Positions 38,610 to 52,697 of a DNA stretch of 64,000 bases are shown here, piece after piece. The DNA lies in assembly GCF_036321535.1 (NCBI RefSeq), contig NC_087447.1, positions 43,836,001-43,900,000 on the forward strand, read 5' to 3'. The notes beneath the pieces were generated by a model. It was given only the letters and a program-made list of their open reading frames with translations, did no database searches and was not told where the DNA came from. The DNA is from Camelus dromedarius (taxonomy: Eukaryota). Position numbers and translations under genes: made by a program. Positions within the stretch are counted from its first letter, which is position 1. Each line of letters opens with the position of its first letter.

Positions 38610-39060
38610 TTCACATCTCTATCTCATCTGATCTTATCTGGTTCCCTGGTTTGAAATGCCTCTTATATATAGATGAAGCCAACATTTATATCTCCATCCA
38701 AGTGTCTCCCCTGCATTACAAACTCATACATCCAAATGCTTTCTTTAGACGTCTTGTTAACTGTCTAATAGGCATCTCAATCTGAATATTTCAAAAATGG
38801 AGTTGATTTAGTTCCATCTCCTGCCCCCAATCCTCCTGCCCAAATCTTCTTCATCTCAATTTGGTAAAAACATCTTCCCAGAAGCTCCCCCAAACTGGCA
38901 GTCATCAGATTATATTCCTCCTCTTCTCTCACCCTCCCACATCTGCAAGTCATGTTATTTCTCCCTCCAAAAATAGCTAGAGTCTGTCCAACTTTCTCCT
39001 TCTTTAGGCTGCTACCCTATTCCAAGGTACCATCACCCCTCTCACATGACTACTGCAGAA
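38610..39060 (+). mobile_element. L2 remnant
   Basis: tgtctaataggcatctcaatctgaatat, tctgcaagtcatgttatttctccctccaaaa. Confidence 0.6.
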
Positions 39061-39949
39061 CTGCAAAGGCAAAAGGACAAGTGAGTCCATGAGGCAGGAC
39101 GGCTGCTACGATAGGCTCATATCATATGATGCTCATGGCTCACAGCTGCTTAAGTTGGAGGGAAGCCTCTGCTGCCTGCTTATATATCCTCATGCTTACA
39201 AGGCAACATGACTGAGCCTGGGATTCCCAGTCTGGACAGGTGCACAACTGAGTACTCAGAGGACTGGTTCCACCTGTGAGGGGACACTGCAGTTCCTGAC
39301 CTTGCCACACAAGTGAGGCTTCCCCTCAGAGGCTTCTAAGAGTATGATCTTGTGGCTGGAGAGCTCCCACACATCTCCACCACACAGGAAGCTGGCGGTA
39401 CCCTAGAGCCTCACTGGCAGATGGGATTGATGATAATAACACAAAGATGAAGAATTTAATGATAATAAGAATGATAATTGCTCAATCTGAGCAACTCTTT
39501 GCCTTCTGGTAAAAAAGAAGTGGCTTTGGCTTGTCTTGAATGACATGAGGATGGCTGGTTTTCCCCTGCTGTGATTTGAGTCTTTTATATTTCAAAACAC
39601 TACCCAACACACCCAGGGAAGGAGTGGTGCCTTTGGCAGACATACAATTCTGGGACATACTTAGCCAACCACGTCTCACTGAGGGCTTGGTCAGCACTCA
39701 GCTTTTCTCAGCACTAGAGGGGAAAGGCAAAGATTGGTGTCTGGCAAGTGCCCCACAGAAACTGACTGCCTAGGATGACCTTCATCACAGGCTGAGGTCA
39801 GGTCCCTAACAGGCAGAGAGGAAAACTATGGACCCATGATCAAAGAGCTGAGCCTGGTGCTCATTTCAGGCATAGTATCAGGATTGATTATTTAAAAAGT
39901 GTGGTTCCAAAGGCCTTTAAAGACATCGTTGAGTCTTCATGGGGTCATT

Positions 39950-40920
39950 TAAAACGGGATATGAGACTAACAGCACTTCCTTTCTGGATTTGGGTTATTT
40001 GACTCATAGATCAGGGCACTCTTGTAGGCTCAGTAAATGTGGACCTTGGCACAGCATCTGGTAAGCTCTTTCCTGATCTCCTTGTAGACAATCTGGATAA
40101 ATTTAGGCTAAATGACAGTAAAACATGGTGAGTTCATATCCAGTTGGACAACCATACGTAAAGGGTGCTGATTATGATTCAATAACTTGGGTATTATCCA
40201 TTTCTGTCATTTTATCAATATCTTAGAAAAGACACAGAATTTGAGCATGACACAGTAGGTATCGAGATCCATAAAAATCCCAAAAGGTAGGTGAGATGGC
40301 CAAAGCCTAACCATGTGAGTTTGTCAAGACAAATTATTTGAGTGCCTAAAAAGTCAATGGCACAACCTCTGAAGCAGATGCAACCCAGTCCACGTGAAAA
40401 TAAAAGGCTTTCTGATTTAATCTTGCTTTGAGTCAAAATGTGACATACCTACCAGAAACTAGTTTGGCTTTAGGCTGTACCAATAGAGGTATAGTCTAGG
40501 GAGGTTATACACTAGCCACAACACACTCAAAACTTTAGTTCTGTTCTGGGTATCTCCATTTTAGAGAGACATAATCATCAGAAGGTGAGAAGAGCAACCA
40601 CCGTGGGAGAGGGTCAGGATTACACGAAGAGCAATGAGGAGCCATTAAGCTTTACAGGAAACACTGAAGAAAGACAAGACTCTTGCCAGCACATATTTGA
40701 AGTGGGGTCACGCAGAAGAGGGTCTAAGCTTGTTTTTAATCATTCTAAGGTTTAGAACCAAGAGCAACAAGGGGAAACCATGGGAAGATTTAGAATATTC
40801 TTCTCTATCACAATCCAAAACTCATCTGTTTGTCTCTGAAGAGGGTAAATTCCCTGTCTGCCCAGCTGGTTTCTCTGCTTTAGAGAGGAATGGAATATCA
40901 GGAAGCGGTTGAAAAATGTA
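39950..40920 (+). mobile_element. L3/CR1 LINE remnant
   Basis: CR1-like motifs gagtcaaaatgtgac, ttaggctgtaccaatagaggtatagtctagg, gttctgggtatctccattttagagagaca. Confidence 0.6.
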
Positions 40921-42269
40921 AAGCCTCTCCCAGCCCTGACATCCTACAGTTAGTTCCCTGATCTCAGACTTTAACTGGTGGGCAAGAGGAGACAATCAAG
41001 TTTTGGAGCATGACAATTGTGTCGTCAGAACTGTGATTAAGGAGCTAGGACTGGGTGGAGCGTATGCTTCTATCTGGGGAGAAGGTCTGGAGACTGGGAG
41101 GTCAGAAAGCAGTGGGGACTGCTGACTGATAAACAATGTTTAATGTTTAAACATCTTAGGAACACATATACCTTAAAAGGAGACGTGGAAAAGAGGAGGT
41201 GAGCTCCAGTCTGGGTGCATCTAGCACAAAGATTTAGGGTACTGGAGCCTTTCTGAGACTTAATTTTTTCTCAACATGCTGCCCTAGTAGATTCTTCGAG
41301 ATTCACACATTTTTTTTTTTTAATGTTCCTACTTTCCCCGGGAGCATGTCTAGTCAAAGACTGTCCTCGGTGAAAACAAAGACAGCAGATTTCAAAAGTT
41401 AAAGGGCTACAGAGAAGGCTTTCATATTTAATTGGAAGGTAAAACAATCTATTCTGAAAAGACATTTTATAGATCCATCAATTCTTAATAGAAAAAAAAG
41501 TAACTGGAGATGAAAATTTGTTCTGCTTTAAAGAAAAAAGTACCATTTGGGAATATGAGAGCATCCTTAGAAGCTTGGGCATTCTAAGCAACCTTGTCAT
41601 CCTGAACATTTTCATCCAAACTAAGAATTCACACAGTTTAGGGGAGATGGGAAGATGAGATTCTTTAGGAAAGATAACCTCTACAGAGAAAGAAGCAGGG
41701 CAGTCAGTGAATTAAACCAACGTGCTCAGTGGAATGAATAATCATAAGGAGAAACGCAGGACACCAGCACTTGCCGGAGCTCGGTGGCCAGAGGGCAGAT
41801 AGTGGGCTCCTGCCGGTCCAGGACCAGAGCGGGGCCAGGGCAGCCCCCTGGCTCTTCCCCAGTTGTGGGCTGGCTCTTCTGTCCCTGACTGGTGGTAGAG
41901 GGGTCTCTCTCCCAAGATAAGAGCTGTGTCTTCCAGGGTTTGTCTCTGCTCCGGGTCTCAGTCTCTCGGGAATCCCTGGGCCGTGCCTTCCCCGGGGAGC
42001 AAGTTTGGCAGACTTGACGGTGGGTGGGTTTTGCCAGGGGCAATTGAGCACGTTTTGTAAACACATCCTGGGTCACTGGTTTATGTAAACAGGAAGGTTT
42101 GGTTGGCGGAGTGGAGTTGGAGCAGGAGTCTAAGGATCAGGATTTGAACCCATGGATAGAGACCTGCTTCACAGAGAACCACAGGACACTGCGTGTTTTT
42201 AACCTTCTATCGGAGACAAGCACTAGGCACCCCACCTCTCTTCTGTCCGCATGAACTGTTCCTCCATTG

Positions 42270-43050
42270 CTGTTACCATTCCTAGAGCTTGGTACATGGC
42301 ACCAAGTCATTTCAGCTGACCTCCAAAATGCGTCTTGATTACAACTCTTCCTCTCTATTCCCTTTCCGGTGTTCTCTGAAAGATTACTAGACGGTAATTC
42401 TACCTCTTTCAATTCATCCTCCCATCCTTCCTTGCTTAAACACAGATCTGGTCATTTCATTTCCTTGCTTAAATCCTTCAAAAGATCCCAGATGCTCTTA
42501 GGTTCAAATGTGACCCTCTTAGCATATCCTATCAGCCAACTTTTCCAGCCATCGTCCTGTTATTTCTTCTACCTAACCTGCCCAGTTCTCCAGTCAGTCT
42601 GAACTGTTCTTCACTCCCTGCACACACTCTACCTCTCGCTCCTTTGTGTGCTGTTTCTTCTTCCTGAACAACTCTGCTCACTTCTCTGCTGGCAAAATGT
42701 TTTTGGTTTGTTTGTTTTTGGAGGGGGGTGGTCTTAGAAGACTCGGCTTACAAATTATGCCTTTGGTGCAACCTTAATGTTTCTCCAGCCCTGTGTTCTC
42801 TGCACTGGCAGCCCTTTCTCCATATTTCTAGTACCGCATGAAATAGGAGATATTTGTTTTAGACTGTTTTAGACTGTGAGATGCTAAAGGCAAGAGCTCT
42901 ATTTTCTTTCTATCAGCACTTTTATTTGGGGCCTTGGCCATTTTACAGGAGAGAACCTTGGCTCAGAGAGGTTAAGTAACCTTCCCAAGGTCACACAGCC
43001 AGTGATGGAGCCATGTCCCAAGCCAGCAGCTTGACTACTGAGCCTACAGC
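42270..43050. mobile_element. L2 3' region followed by a MIR
   Basis: aaacacagatctggtcatttcatttccttgcttaaatccttc; ggctcagagaggttaagtaaccttcccaaggtcacacagc. Confidence 0.65.
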
Positions 43051-44464
43051 GCCCCCAAGCAGGGAGCCCTCACATAGCCCAAGAGAATCTTAGGAGATGG
43101 CGAAGGGGAAGGTGACCGCATTCTTCTTTTTTGTGTGGTGAAGACTTCAGGAAGGCTGGAGTTGCTGAACTGGAAGCTACAAGCCTCCAGATCTTTCCCC
43201 TGCCACACAATCTTTCCACCCTCAGGGCTGACCTTCTCACACCTTTTGTCACCTGGAACTTTTGCCTTTGCAGCTAGAGGGGAAAGAAAAAAAAGAGAGC
43301 TACCTTGGCTGAATCCTATCTGAGAACTAGGGCAAATGGGGCTTTAGCAAAAGAGGATCTGCCTTTCTTCCACACACAAGCATTAGACCGTTTCCCTCCA
43401 TGGCCACTAAAATTCTCTAATACTCTTTAGGGAAATAAGAGATTTTACTGCAATGAAGGGTAGTGTAGGTGTAATCAGGGGGCAGCTCAGATGCTCTTCC
43501 AATAAAGACAGTAGTAAGTCTCCTCCTCTTTCTCTCAAAAATTAAACGAACTAAAAATACACGTAGAGCATTTAGCAGTGTCAGAAATATATGCGTTAAC
43601 TCATTATCTGTGTTGCTCCCACTCCACTTAGAGCAGTGCCCGGCACGAGGTAGGTCCATAATTATTATGCAAAGCATCAATGAATGAATAGCTGTAGCCT
43701 CTCCAGGAAGGGAAAGATAGATTGATCAGGGAGGACACAGAGCAAGGACTCCTCTCCATCAGCTCAACCTACCTCTGAAGACACTCTTACATTCTGATCT
43801 ATAAGCCAGATAAAGGAGAAGCACAGATGCTACGGGAATATCCTAACCTATGGAGAGAATTATACAGGAAATAAGACAAATGAGCTATCCTTCTTAAATG
43901 GTATGGCCCGCACTGCTACAGGAAGTGGTCAGATATTATCAGAGAGGCCGAAAAACTTGTCCGCTGTCACGAAGTTCCCCAGTGTCAAAACTGAGTCTTT
44001 CTACCTCCACGTGCTTTCTTTCTCTGGCCCTAAGTCTTCATTCGAAGGTGGCGATTCTTAGAATATGTCAAACAACCCGGCTAGAAGGTGAGAACCAATC
44101 TCCCACTCCAACTCCCAGGACTTCTCAGAGGGGCTAGTGTTCTCTACCCGGTGCTCCATTTGAGATTCTCAGGAATTTCTAGGAAGAGTAAGTCAAGTGC
44201 TACAGAGAGTCTGTTTCTTGGTAACGGCCTGAGGCCCTTCCAGTGCTGGGATGGTTTAGGTGACAAACCTGGGCATGGAGGGTGCCTTGATCATCGAAGA
44301 GCTCCCTGACTCCCGAGTAACGACTTTCTGCTCTGTAGTATTTCTCTCTTCTCTCAGCAAAGGTATAGTTCTCATTCACCTAGGATGAGAACAAAGGCAG
44401 CCATGCGGGAGGCATGTCTCCAAAAAAAAAAAAAAAAAAAAAAAAGTCTTCCTTTTAAATATAC

Positions 44465-45090
44465 GCACTCACTTATTCAACAAGTATTTGCTGAACACCT
44501 ACCATGTAACCGGCACTATATGAGGTCCTGGAATATAAGGGAGAAAAAAGGGTAGGAATCCTTGCTGTAATAGAGTTTCCACTGTAGTTCACATTCTAGA
44601 ACTCAGACAATAAACAAATTAAGTACACTATATTGTATGTTACGTGGTAAAAAACGTCCCTCCAGACTACTGGGAGATATGAGGTGATGGAAGGAAACGC
44701 AATTTTGAATTGGAGGATTGGAGAGACCTCAGAGATGATGACATTTAAAGATGACCTAAAGGAAGGGAGGAAGCAAGGCACATGGTTACCTGGGGGAAGT
44801 GGATCAGGCAGAGAAAATGGTGTGGAGGCAGGAATGTGTTGGGACATCAGAAAGGAGGCTTCAGTGTAGCTGGAGTAGAGACAATGTTGGGGACATTAGT
44901 GGCAGATGAGGTCAGAGATAATGGGGGGGAGCAGTCTAAATCCTGAAGGACTTTGGCTTTTATCGTGATGAAACGGGGAATCAGAGGACTGGGGGCAAAA
45001 AAATAACAAGAATCAACCTAAAAGTTAAAGGGATCAGTCTAGCTTTGGTGTAGAGAACAGACTGAGGAGGGAGGCACAGGAGGATCAGCA
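44465..45090 (-). mobile_element. L2 remnant
   Basis: cacttattcaacaagtatttgctgaacacctaccatgt...gaaggactttggcttttatc. Confidence 0.7.
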
Positions 45091-45949
45091 TAACCGAGCA
45101 GGAGACCATGGTGAATAAACCCGCTACCTATGCTGTTCAAGCGTCCTTTGTTTTTCGCTAATTTTTGAAGATTGTCTTGGATTTTCTAAGGTCTCCTTAA
45201 TCATGCGGTACTTTGATTGGTGACTGCAGTAGCCGTCGCTTCTACTGTAGACACTCCTCTGCTCGTCCAGTCACGTCCTGTAACACATGCGGGTGTTCCT
45301 TTTGTTCAGGAAGGTTCACAAGAGGGGCTAACTGAATATTCTGGGATATCAAAGCAAAATCCTCTAGGACAGTCAAGAGAAATGTAAACAGAACATTAAA
45401 AATGTCCAGCAGGAAGCCTGTCCCCGGCGCCAAGGGCCCCAATCACACCTGATGTAGGTATCTTCTCTCCAGAGCTTCCAAGAGAGAAAAAGTGAAGGCG
45501 TCCCAGCCTCCAGGTGCTTCCAGACGTCTGGAAGGAAAGAGTCCAAGCATAAGGTTGAACTCTGTGAAGCTGCCTCTTCTACAGGCCAGACTGCAGGGCT
45601 GTCAGCGATTTCGTACAGCTCAGCCCGCTTCACGGCTCAGGTCAGGGTGGGCTGCCCTTACTGCGGCCCCAGATGTTCTCATGAAATGCGCTCTGACTTA
45701 TTACATGGGAATTCACTGTAGAATGAAATACAGACCTCAAAACTCAGGGCAGCCAAGGACGCTGACATAGCCTGTATATACCTGCAGCAGTGGGACTGAG
45801 AGCAGGTGAGCAGGGGGCGTGGGGTCCTCTGGAGCTCAGCACTGGCCAGTAACAACAAGGGAAGGGGAGGTGTGAGATGAAGGAACTCACTCAAGGGGGA
45901 AATGGATAGGGGAATGGGAAGGAAAGGTAACACATGTAACTGATTTACT

Positions 45950-47154
45950 GGAAAATGTACTCCAGAGGAGAAAATTATAGTAACTCCTCTACTGAGTTTA
46001 GTACAACCCTGAAAACAGTACCTGGCAAGATGCACAAAAGAAGCAAGGATCACCATCAAAACAATAACAATCAAAAACTATAGGCCAATTCTTGTATGAA
46101 TATAGTTGAAGAAAATCCTATGTAATACATTAAAATCTACCAGTGTTAATAACACACTTTGATCAAGTAGGGTTTATTCCAAGATGCATGGATGTTCCAA
46201 AATTAGTAAATCACCCTAGTGGATTAAAGAAGAAAAATCTTACAAATATGTCAACAGAAAAGACATCAGATAAAATTCAACATCTATTCCTAATAAAATA
46301 ATGTAACACTAACAGCACTATCATTAAATTCAAGACCAGGACAAGAATTTCTGCTATCACTCCTATTATTCTCCATTTGGGAAGTTCTAGCCAAGGCCAT
46401 AAAATAAGGAGATATAGAAAAGGTAAAGTTATCACAAAAAAGGAGGAAAAATATGACCCTTAACAGAAGATATAATTGCTCAGTTGGAAATCAAAGATAA
46501 ACAAATGAACAACTACTGAAACTAATGAAACAGGTGTCTAATAAGTATGTAAAAATAAAGAACTCTTACAAATCACAATTCAAAAGAATCCAGTAGAAAT
46601 GGGCAAAAGCTAAAACATAAATTTTATAGAAGAAGATAAGTAAAATGCAAGAAAAAATACTCGGCATCAGGAGTCAAAAATGAAAACCACAATGAAATGC
46701 CAACCCTAGAATAGCTAAAATAGAAAGATGACGATGCTAAACACTGGCAGTGGTATGAAGCCACTGGAACTCACAGGCAGTGCTACTGGGAAGGCAAAAT
46801 AGTACAATCACTTTGAAAAAGTATTCCCACTTCTTATAAATATATATCTACCCTATGACCAAGGAACTTTACTCCTAGGTATTTACCCAAGAGAAATAAA
46901 AACATATGTCCACACACAGACTTGCATAAGAATATTCATAACAGCTGTATTCATATTAGCCAAAACCAAAAGCAAAGAAAAAAAATCCAAACTAGAAACA
47001 ACCCAAATGTCCAAAAGCAGAAAAATGGATAAACAAATTCTGGTGTACTTACACAGTGTAATATTACTCAGTTAAAAAAAAAAAAGAACTACTGATATGC
47101 TCCACAACATTGCTCAATATCAAAACATTACGCTGAGCAAAAGGATGCCACCCC

Positions 47155-47206
<52 letters not shown>

Positions 47207-47960
47207 ATAATGTACAAGACCAGGAACTCATGGTAAGAGAAGTCAGAAACTGGCTACTGTTAGTAGGGTGGAGGGGTTTACTGGAACAGGGCATGATGAA
47301 ACATGATGAAATACGGTGAAACTTTCTGGGATGATGGAAATGTTCCACACCTTGTTTTGGATGGTGATTACATGGTGAACACAAATGTCAAAACTCATCA
47401 AACTGAGTTGAGCACTTAAGATCTCTGCATTTTATCAAATGTAAATACCATAATTTTAAAAGTCTTTTCTATATATACCAGTGAGTAAAACAGATTTTAA
47501 GAATAAAAAATATCCTAGTTTCAACAGTACTCAGGAAGTCTTAAAAAGAAGCATAATGAACCTAGATAAAGACATTTTACAAAATGTTATTAATTGACTT
47601 TTTTTAAACGGCTGGAGTACACAGAGGTAGTCTATGTTCCCAGATGGGAAGATTTAATATTGTGAAGATGTTCATTCATACCAAAATTGTATATAAATAT
47701 AAGTAAATCCCAGAGCAATGTCACAACTCACTTTTAAACATCATTCCTAAATGATACAAAGGTTTACTTGCAAGATTAAATGGATGTAAACAATCAATCT
47801 TTTTACCATTTATAAAAATGAGATGGCAGATTTATCTTACTAGACACTAAAATGTATTATTAAGAGGCTCCAACTGTAATATCAGAATATTGCTACTAGA
47901 AAACTGAAGATGAATAAAAAAATAAAAGTACAAAAAATTGGTAGTTCCCTACTTTTAGTA
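45950..47960 (+). mobile_element. Old L1M/L1ME fragments (ORF2 and 3' end) with (AC)n at 47157-47204
   Basis: actcctaggtatttacccaagagaaataaaaacatatgtccacac, tttctgggatgatggaaatgttc, gtcaaaactcatcaaactg. Confidence 0.7.
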
Positions 47961-48298
47961 CATAATTATCTCATAAAAACATACAGAATACAAATGCACA
48001 AAAAGAAAAACATACTTAGATATTATAAAAGAGTTTCTAACTTCTAAGAACTAAAAATTCTATTAAAACCCTAATCACATATTACTTTGGTAGTGCAATT
48101 TTTAACAATATGTTCCCAACATTTTCTTCCATTCACGGTAGGTCCCAGAATCAACAGGCTAAGTATAAGAGAGCATCTGTTTGAGGATAACAGTGAATTG
48201 CTTTCGAATTCTAATTATTTCCATATTTATCCCAACGTTATTACATTTTTTGAGGCTTATACCTTATGATTAACATTAGCATTTTTGAATTTCCTGTC

Positions 48299-48301
<3 letters not shown>

Positions 48302-48352
<51 letters not shown>
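48302..48352. repeat. (TG)n microsatellite
   Basis: About 25 TG units. Confidence 0.95.
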
Positions 48353-48355
<3 letters not shown>

Positions 48356-48374
48356 AGCTGGGTATAGGTTTTTG

Positions 48375-48665
48375 CTTTTTTTAAAAATTGCTTTGCTGAG
48401 ACATAATTCTCATCACATAAAATATGCCTGTTTTGAGTGCAAAATTGAATGAATTTTAGTACATTTTCAGAATTTTACAACCATCATCATCATCTAATTT
48501 TAGGGCATTTCCATCACCCTAAAAAGAAACCTCATCCCTATTTATGATCACTCACCATTCCCACCCCCAAGCACTAATCTACTTTGAATCTCTACAGATT
48601 TGCCTTTTCTGGACATTCCATATTAATGGAATCATACAATATGTGTTCTATTGTGTCTGGCTTCA
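48375..48665 (-). mobile_element. L1MB-type 3' end
   Basis: catttccatcaccctaaaaagaaacc...gatttgccttttctggacattccatattaatggaatcatacaatatgtg. Confidence 0.75.
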
Positions 48666-49049
48666 AAATAAGAGCAAGATGAGATACAATTTTTAAACAA
48701 TAATATAAATACCACTAATCAAATGAAGGTGAAAATACTGCTGAGACTGATCTGTTTCGGCAATCCTACTCAAAACAGTTTTCAAGAGCTTTACCAGCTG
48801 ATGCATCAAATGTCAAATTCGGGTCATAAAAGATGGTTTAGGGATGTCACTGTATAAGGTTCAAATGTGCAGACTGCACAAAAGTTAAAAATACGAGCAT
48901 TTGTTACATAACAATATTGGTGGTTTAGGAAGTGTTGGTTTATTCAGATGAGGATGGGATAAATGATTATTTGGGAAAAAATTAGTTAAGATCACTGGCA
49001 TATATGTACACCAAATTCATTCCAAATGGATTCAAGTTTTAATGTAGAG

Positions 49050-49300
49050 ATTACAGTTTAGACGGTGGCCTCTGGGTTCGGATTATCTGGATTGGATTCC
49101 AGTCTCTGCCACTCACTACATGACCTTGAGCAAGTAATTTCAGCTTTTTGTGTCTCAGTTTCTTCACTTGTGAAATGAGTTACAAGATCACATGCCTCAC
49201 GAGGTTTTTGTGACGAGTGAAGCTAGCATACACAAAGTTCTTAGAATACAGTCTGGCAAATAGTTACGTTCTCAGCAGGTATGAGTCCTATTAATGTTGC
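49050..49300 (+). mobile_element. MIR SINE
   Basis: tctgccactcactacatgaccttgagcaagtaatt...tctcagtttcttcacttgtgaaatg. Confidence 0.75.
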
Positions 49301-50004
49301 TGTTAATGTAGATGGTTTCTGTCATCTCAAGAGAGGGTGGAGGTGGAAGGGACTTTCTAAGCATCATTCTAAACGCAGAACTTTAAATGGAAGAACATGA
49401 CGTATGTGAAGACATATACATGCAACAATCTCAAAAAGCAAACAAGGGCTGACACCTTTTATCTCAAAGAGATCTTAAAAATTACTAAGAAAAAACAAAA
49501 GAAAACCCCAACATAAAAATCAGTAAAAGAAAGAGACAAGTCACAAAAGAAGAAAAACAAATGGTCAATACATATATAAAAATATGTTCATCTTCACTAA
49601 TATTGTAAGAAATGCAAATCATAGGCCACATTTTGCCTGTTAGATTAGAAAACAACCTCATGGTAACAGAAAAAAATCTGTGAAATCTACACTAACTAAA
49701 GCAATAATTCTAACAACTAGAAAAAGCAAAAATTAACACAGATGAGAGGTTACCCTGAAAATGTCAGTAAAGAGAAAGCAATGAGAACCAGAAGGCAATG
49801 AGTACTGGTGAGAAAGAATACTCTGCAAGGAAAGTTTAATGAGCTCATTCATTCACTTATTGAAAAAAAAGTTGTCACCCACAAGACAGCAGGCATGAAA
49901 CAAGGTGCTAGAGTTTGGGGTGAGCCAAGGTGAGCGAGGGCCCCCTTACTCTGTGGAGTTCCAATCCAGTCTGCTCAGAAGCTTAAAGAAAATGCAACCT
50001 ACAG

Positions 50005-51665
50005 TGGGGGAGGGTATAGCTTAGTGGAATAGCATGTGCTTAGCAGGCACGAGGTCTTAGGTCCCAATACCTCCACTAAAAAAATAAATATGTCTTTTTG
50101 AATTATATTTTTCTCTGGATATATGCCCAGGAGTGGGACTGCTGGATCATATGCTAAGTCTATTTTTAGTTTTTAAGGAGCCTCCATACTGTCCTCCATA
50201 GTGGCTGCACCAACTTACATTCCCACCAACAGTGAAGAGGGAGGATTCCTTTTTCTCCACTCCCTCTGCAGTATTTATTATTTGTAGACTTTAAATGATG
50301 GCCATTTTGACTGGTGTGAGGTGAAACCTCATTGTAGTTTTGATTTGCATTTCTCTAATAATTGTATGAGCTGTTTGTTTATTTTGGAAATTAGTCCCTT
50401 GTCGGTCGCATCATTTGCAAATATTTTCTCCCATTCTGTAGGTTTTTTCATTTTGTTGATGGTATTCTTAGCTGTGCAAAAGCGTTCAAGTTTAATTTTG
50501 CCCCATTTGTTTATTTTTACTTTTATTTCCATTACTTTAGGAGTTGGTTGGAAAAAAAACATTGCTGCGATTTATGTCCAAGAGTGTTCTGCCTATGTTT
50601 TCATTTAAGAGTTTTAAAGTATCTGGTCTTACATTTAGGTCTTTAATCTATTTTGAGTTTATCTTTGTATATGGTGTTAGAGAATGTTCTAATTTCATTC
50701 TTTTACAGGTAGTTAGTTGTCCAGTTTTCCCAGCACCACTTATTGAGAGATTGTCTTTTCTCCATTGGGTATTCTTGCCTCTTTTGTTGTAGATTAATTG
50801 ACCATAAGTGCGTGGGTTTACTTCTGGACTTTCTATCCTGTTCCATTGATCTGTGTCTGTTTTTGTACTAGTGCCATATTGTTTTGATTACTGTAGCTTT
50901 GTAGTATAATCTGAAGTCAGGGAGCGTGATTCCTCCTGCTCTGTTCTTCTTTTTCAAGACTGTTTCAGCTATTCAGGGACTTTTGTGTTTCCACACAAAA
51001 TTTAACATTTTTTTAAACAGAGAAAACTCTAATTCTAAAAGACATATGCACCCCAATGTTCACAGCAGCACTATTTACAATAGCTAAGACAGGGAAAAAA
51101 CCTAAATGTCCATTGGCAGATGACTGGATAAAGAAGATGTGGTATATATATACAATGGAATACTACTCAGCCATAAAAAATAAAATAATGCCATTTGAGC
51201 AACATGGATGGACCTGGAGATTGTCATTCTAAGTGAAGCCAGAAAGAGAAAGAAAACTACCATACAATATAGCTTATACGTGGAATCGAAAAAAACCCCA
51301 CAAATATTTACAAAACAGAAATATTCACAGACATAGAGAACAAACTTGTGGTTACCAGGGCGTGAAGGGGGTGGGAAGGGATAAATTGGGAGTTCAAGAG
51401 TTGCAAATACTAACTACTATATATAAAATAGATAAACAACAAGTTTCTACTGTACAGCACAGGGAACTCTAGTCAGTATCACATATTAACCTATAATGAA
51501 AAAGAATATGAAAAGGAATATATGTATATGTATGACCGAAACATTATGCTGTACACCAGAAATTGGCACAACATTGTAAACTGACTATACTTCAATAAAA
51601 AAGTATGCAAATTAAAAAAATTAAATAATATACATATAAACCTAATTACCCTCCCTCCCCAAAAA
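50005..51665 (+). mobile_element. Vic-1-like SINE split by an L1 insertion (head ~50005-50089, tail ~51607-51665)
   Basis: Head ggggagggtatagcttagtgg...; tail aaacctaattaccctccctcccc reappears after the L1; outer TSD aaaat(g/a)caacctac at ~49990 and ~51662. Confidence 0.8.
50090..51602. mobile_element. 5'-inverted (twin-primed) truncated L1: antisense ~50090-51012, sense ~51016-51602
   Basis: Antisense ORF2 segment (ORF 50329..50562 has L1-like KKPTEWEKIFAN) followed by a sense ORF2 end and 3' UTR ending gactatacttcaataaaa. Both segments begin at the same L1 position. Confidence 0.85.
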
Positions 51666-52697
51666 TACAACCTACCATTAAACATCATGCCAACATTACC
51701 GTAACACAGCACACTTTAGAAAGTTTCAAAAATATTTTTAGGTTTGCAAAGATGGGAAAACAGAAATGTAAAAAAAATTTTTTCACTCTTGGCTGAGAAA
51801 AAATACGAAACGTGCTTTTCTGAATAAATTCAGAGGAGAATAAAAGATGTCCTTTTTAGGCTGGAGTGTCTATTTTCCTGACAAGTCATCTGTTCCCATT
51901 CTCTCATCCTCATCTTGAGGGTTTCTAAGTTATTTCTTCTTCTTTTTTTTGCCTCTTCACAGTGATGAAGACATAAACACTTAAACTCCATTATCATAGT
52001 TTTCCATTTCATTGGGAACTGAAAGGTTATGGGTTTCACTGCCCACGGGGGTGAGGGTAGGATAAGGGTGCGACCAGCCTGAGGGCGGGAGACCCTGGAT
52101 GCTGGAAGAACACATTCATTCAATCACCCCAGGACACAAAACAAGAGACGCCCAGCAATCCAGAAAACCTGTTCTGGGAGGCCAGTCTTCACTGGACTGA
52201 AGGTTCAGTTTAGGACAGATTCTTTTTTCTCTTCTTTCTCCCTCTAGCATTCGCTCCCTCATCCATCTGTCACAGCTGCAGAGTTCCCCAGCCATGAAGG
52301 AATCTGACCCCAAATTCTATTTTAGTCTTAGTGATGCCTTACATTTAACAGAAATAAATGTAACCACCAAAGACAACTCACTCTGCTCATGCAGGTTAGA
52401 GTTTTCAAGTGGGTCACAGAGGACCTTAAATATCCGATGAACAGTGGAGAAGCCAGTGAAGGGACGACAGAGAACTTCCAACAAGCCAGTGAAAAACTGG
52501 AGGAGAGCATTTGCGTCTTTGCCACACTCTTTTAATGTTTCAGATTAAAGTGTCAGTTTAAAGTCAAACAGATCTGCGGTTCAGTCCCAGCTCTGCCAGC
52601 CACTGCTGTATGAGTTTGGGCAAATTATTTAACACTTGTTTCCACTCTGTAGAGTGAGGGTAGCAGGACTGAATAGGTTGTGATTATTAGAAATAAT

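Noticed and set aside
44422..44445. Poly(A)24 as the tail of a retrocopy
   Set aside because: No upstream poly(A) signal or TSD was found; treated as a simple mononucleotide run.
45242..45633. Possible processed pseudogene ORFs
   Set aside because: No recognisable protein, poly(A) tail or TSD.
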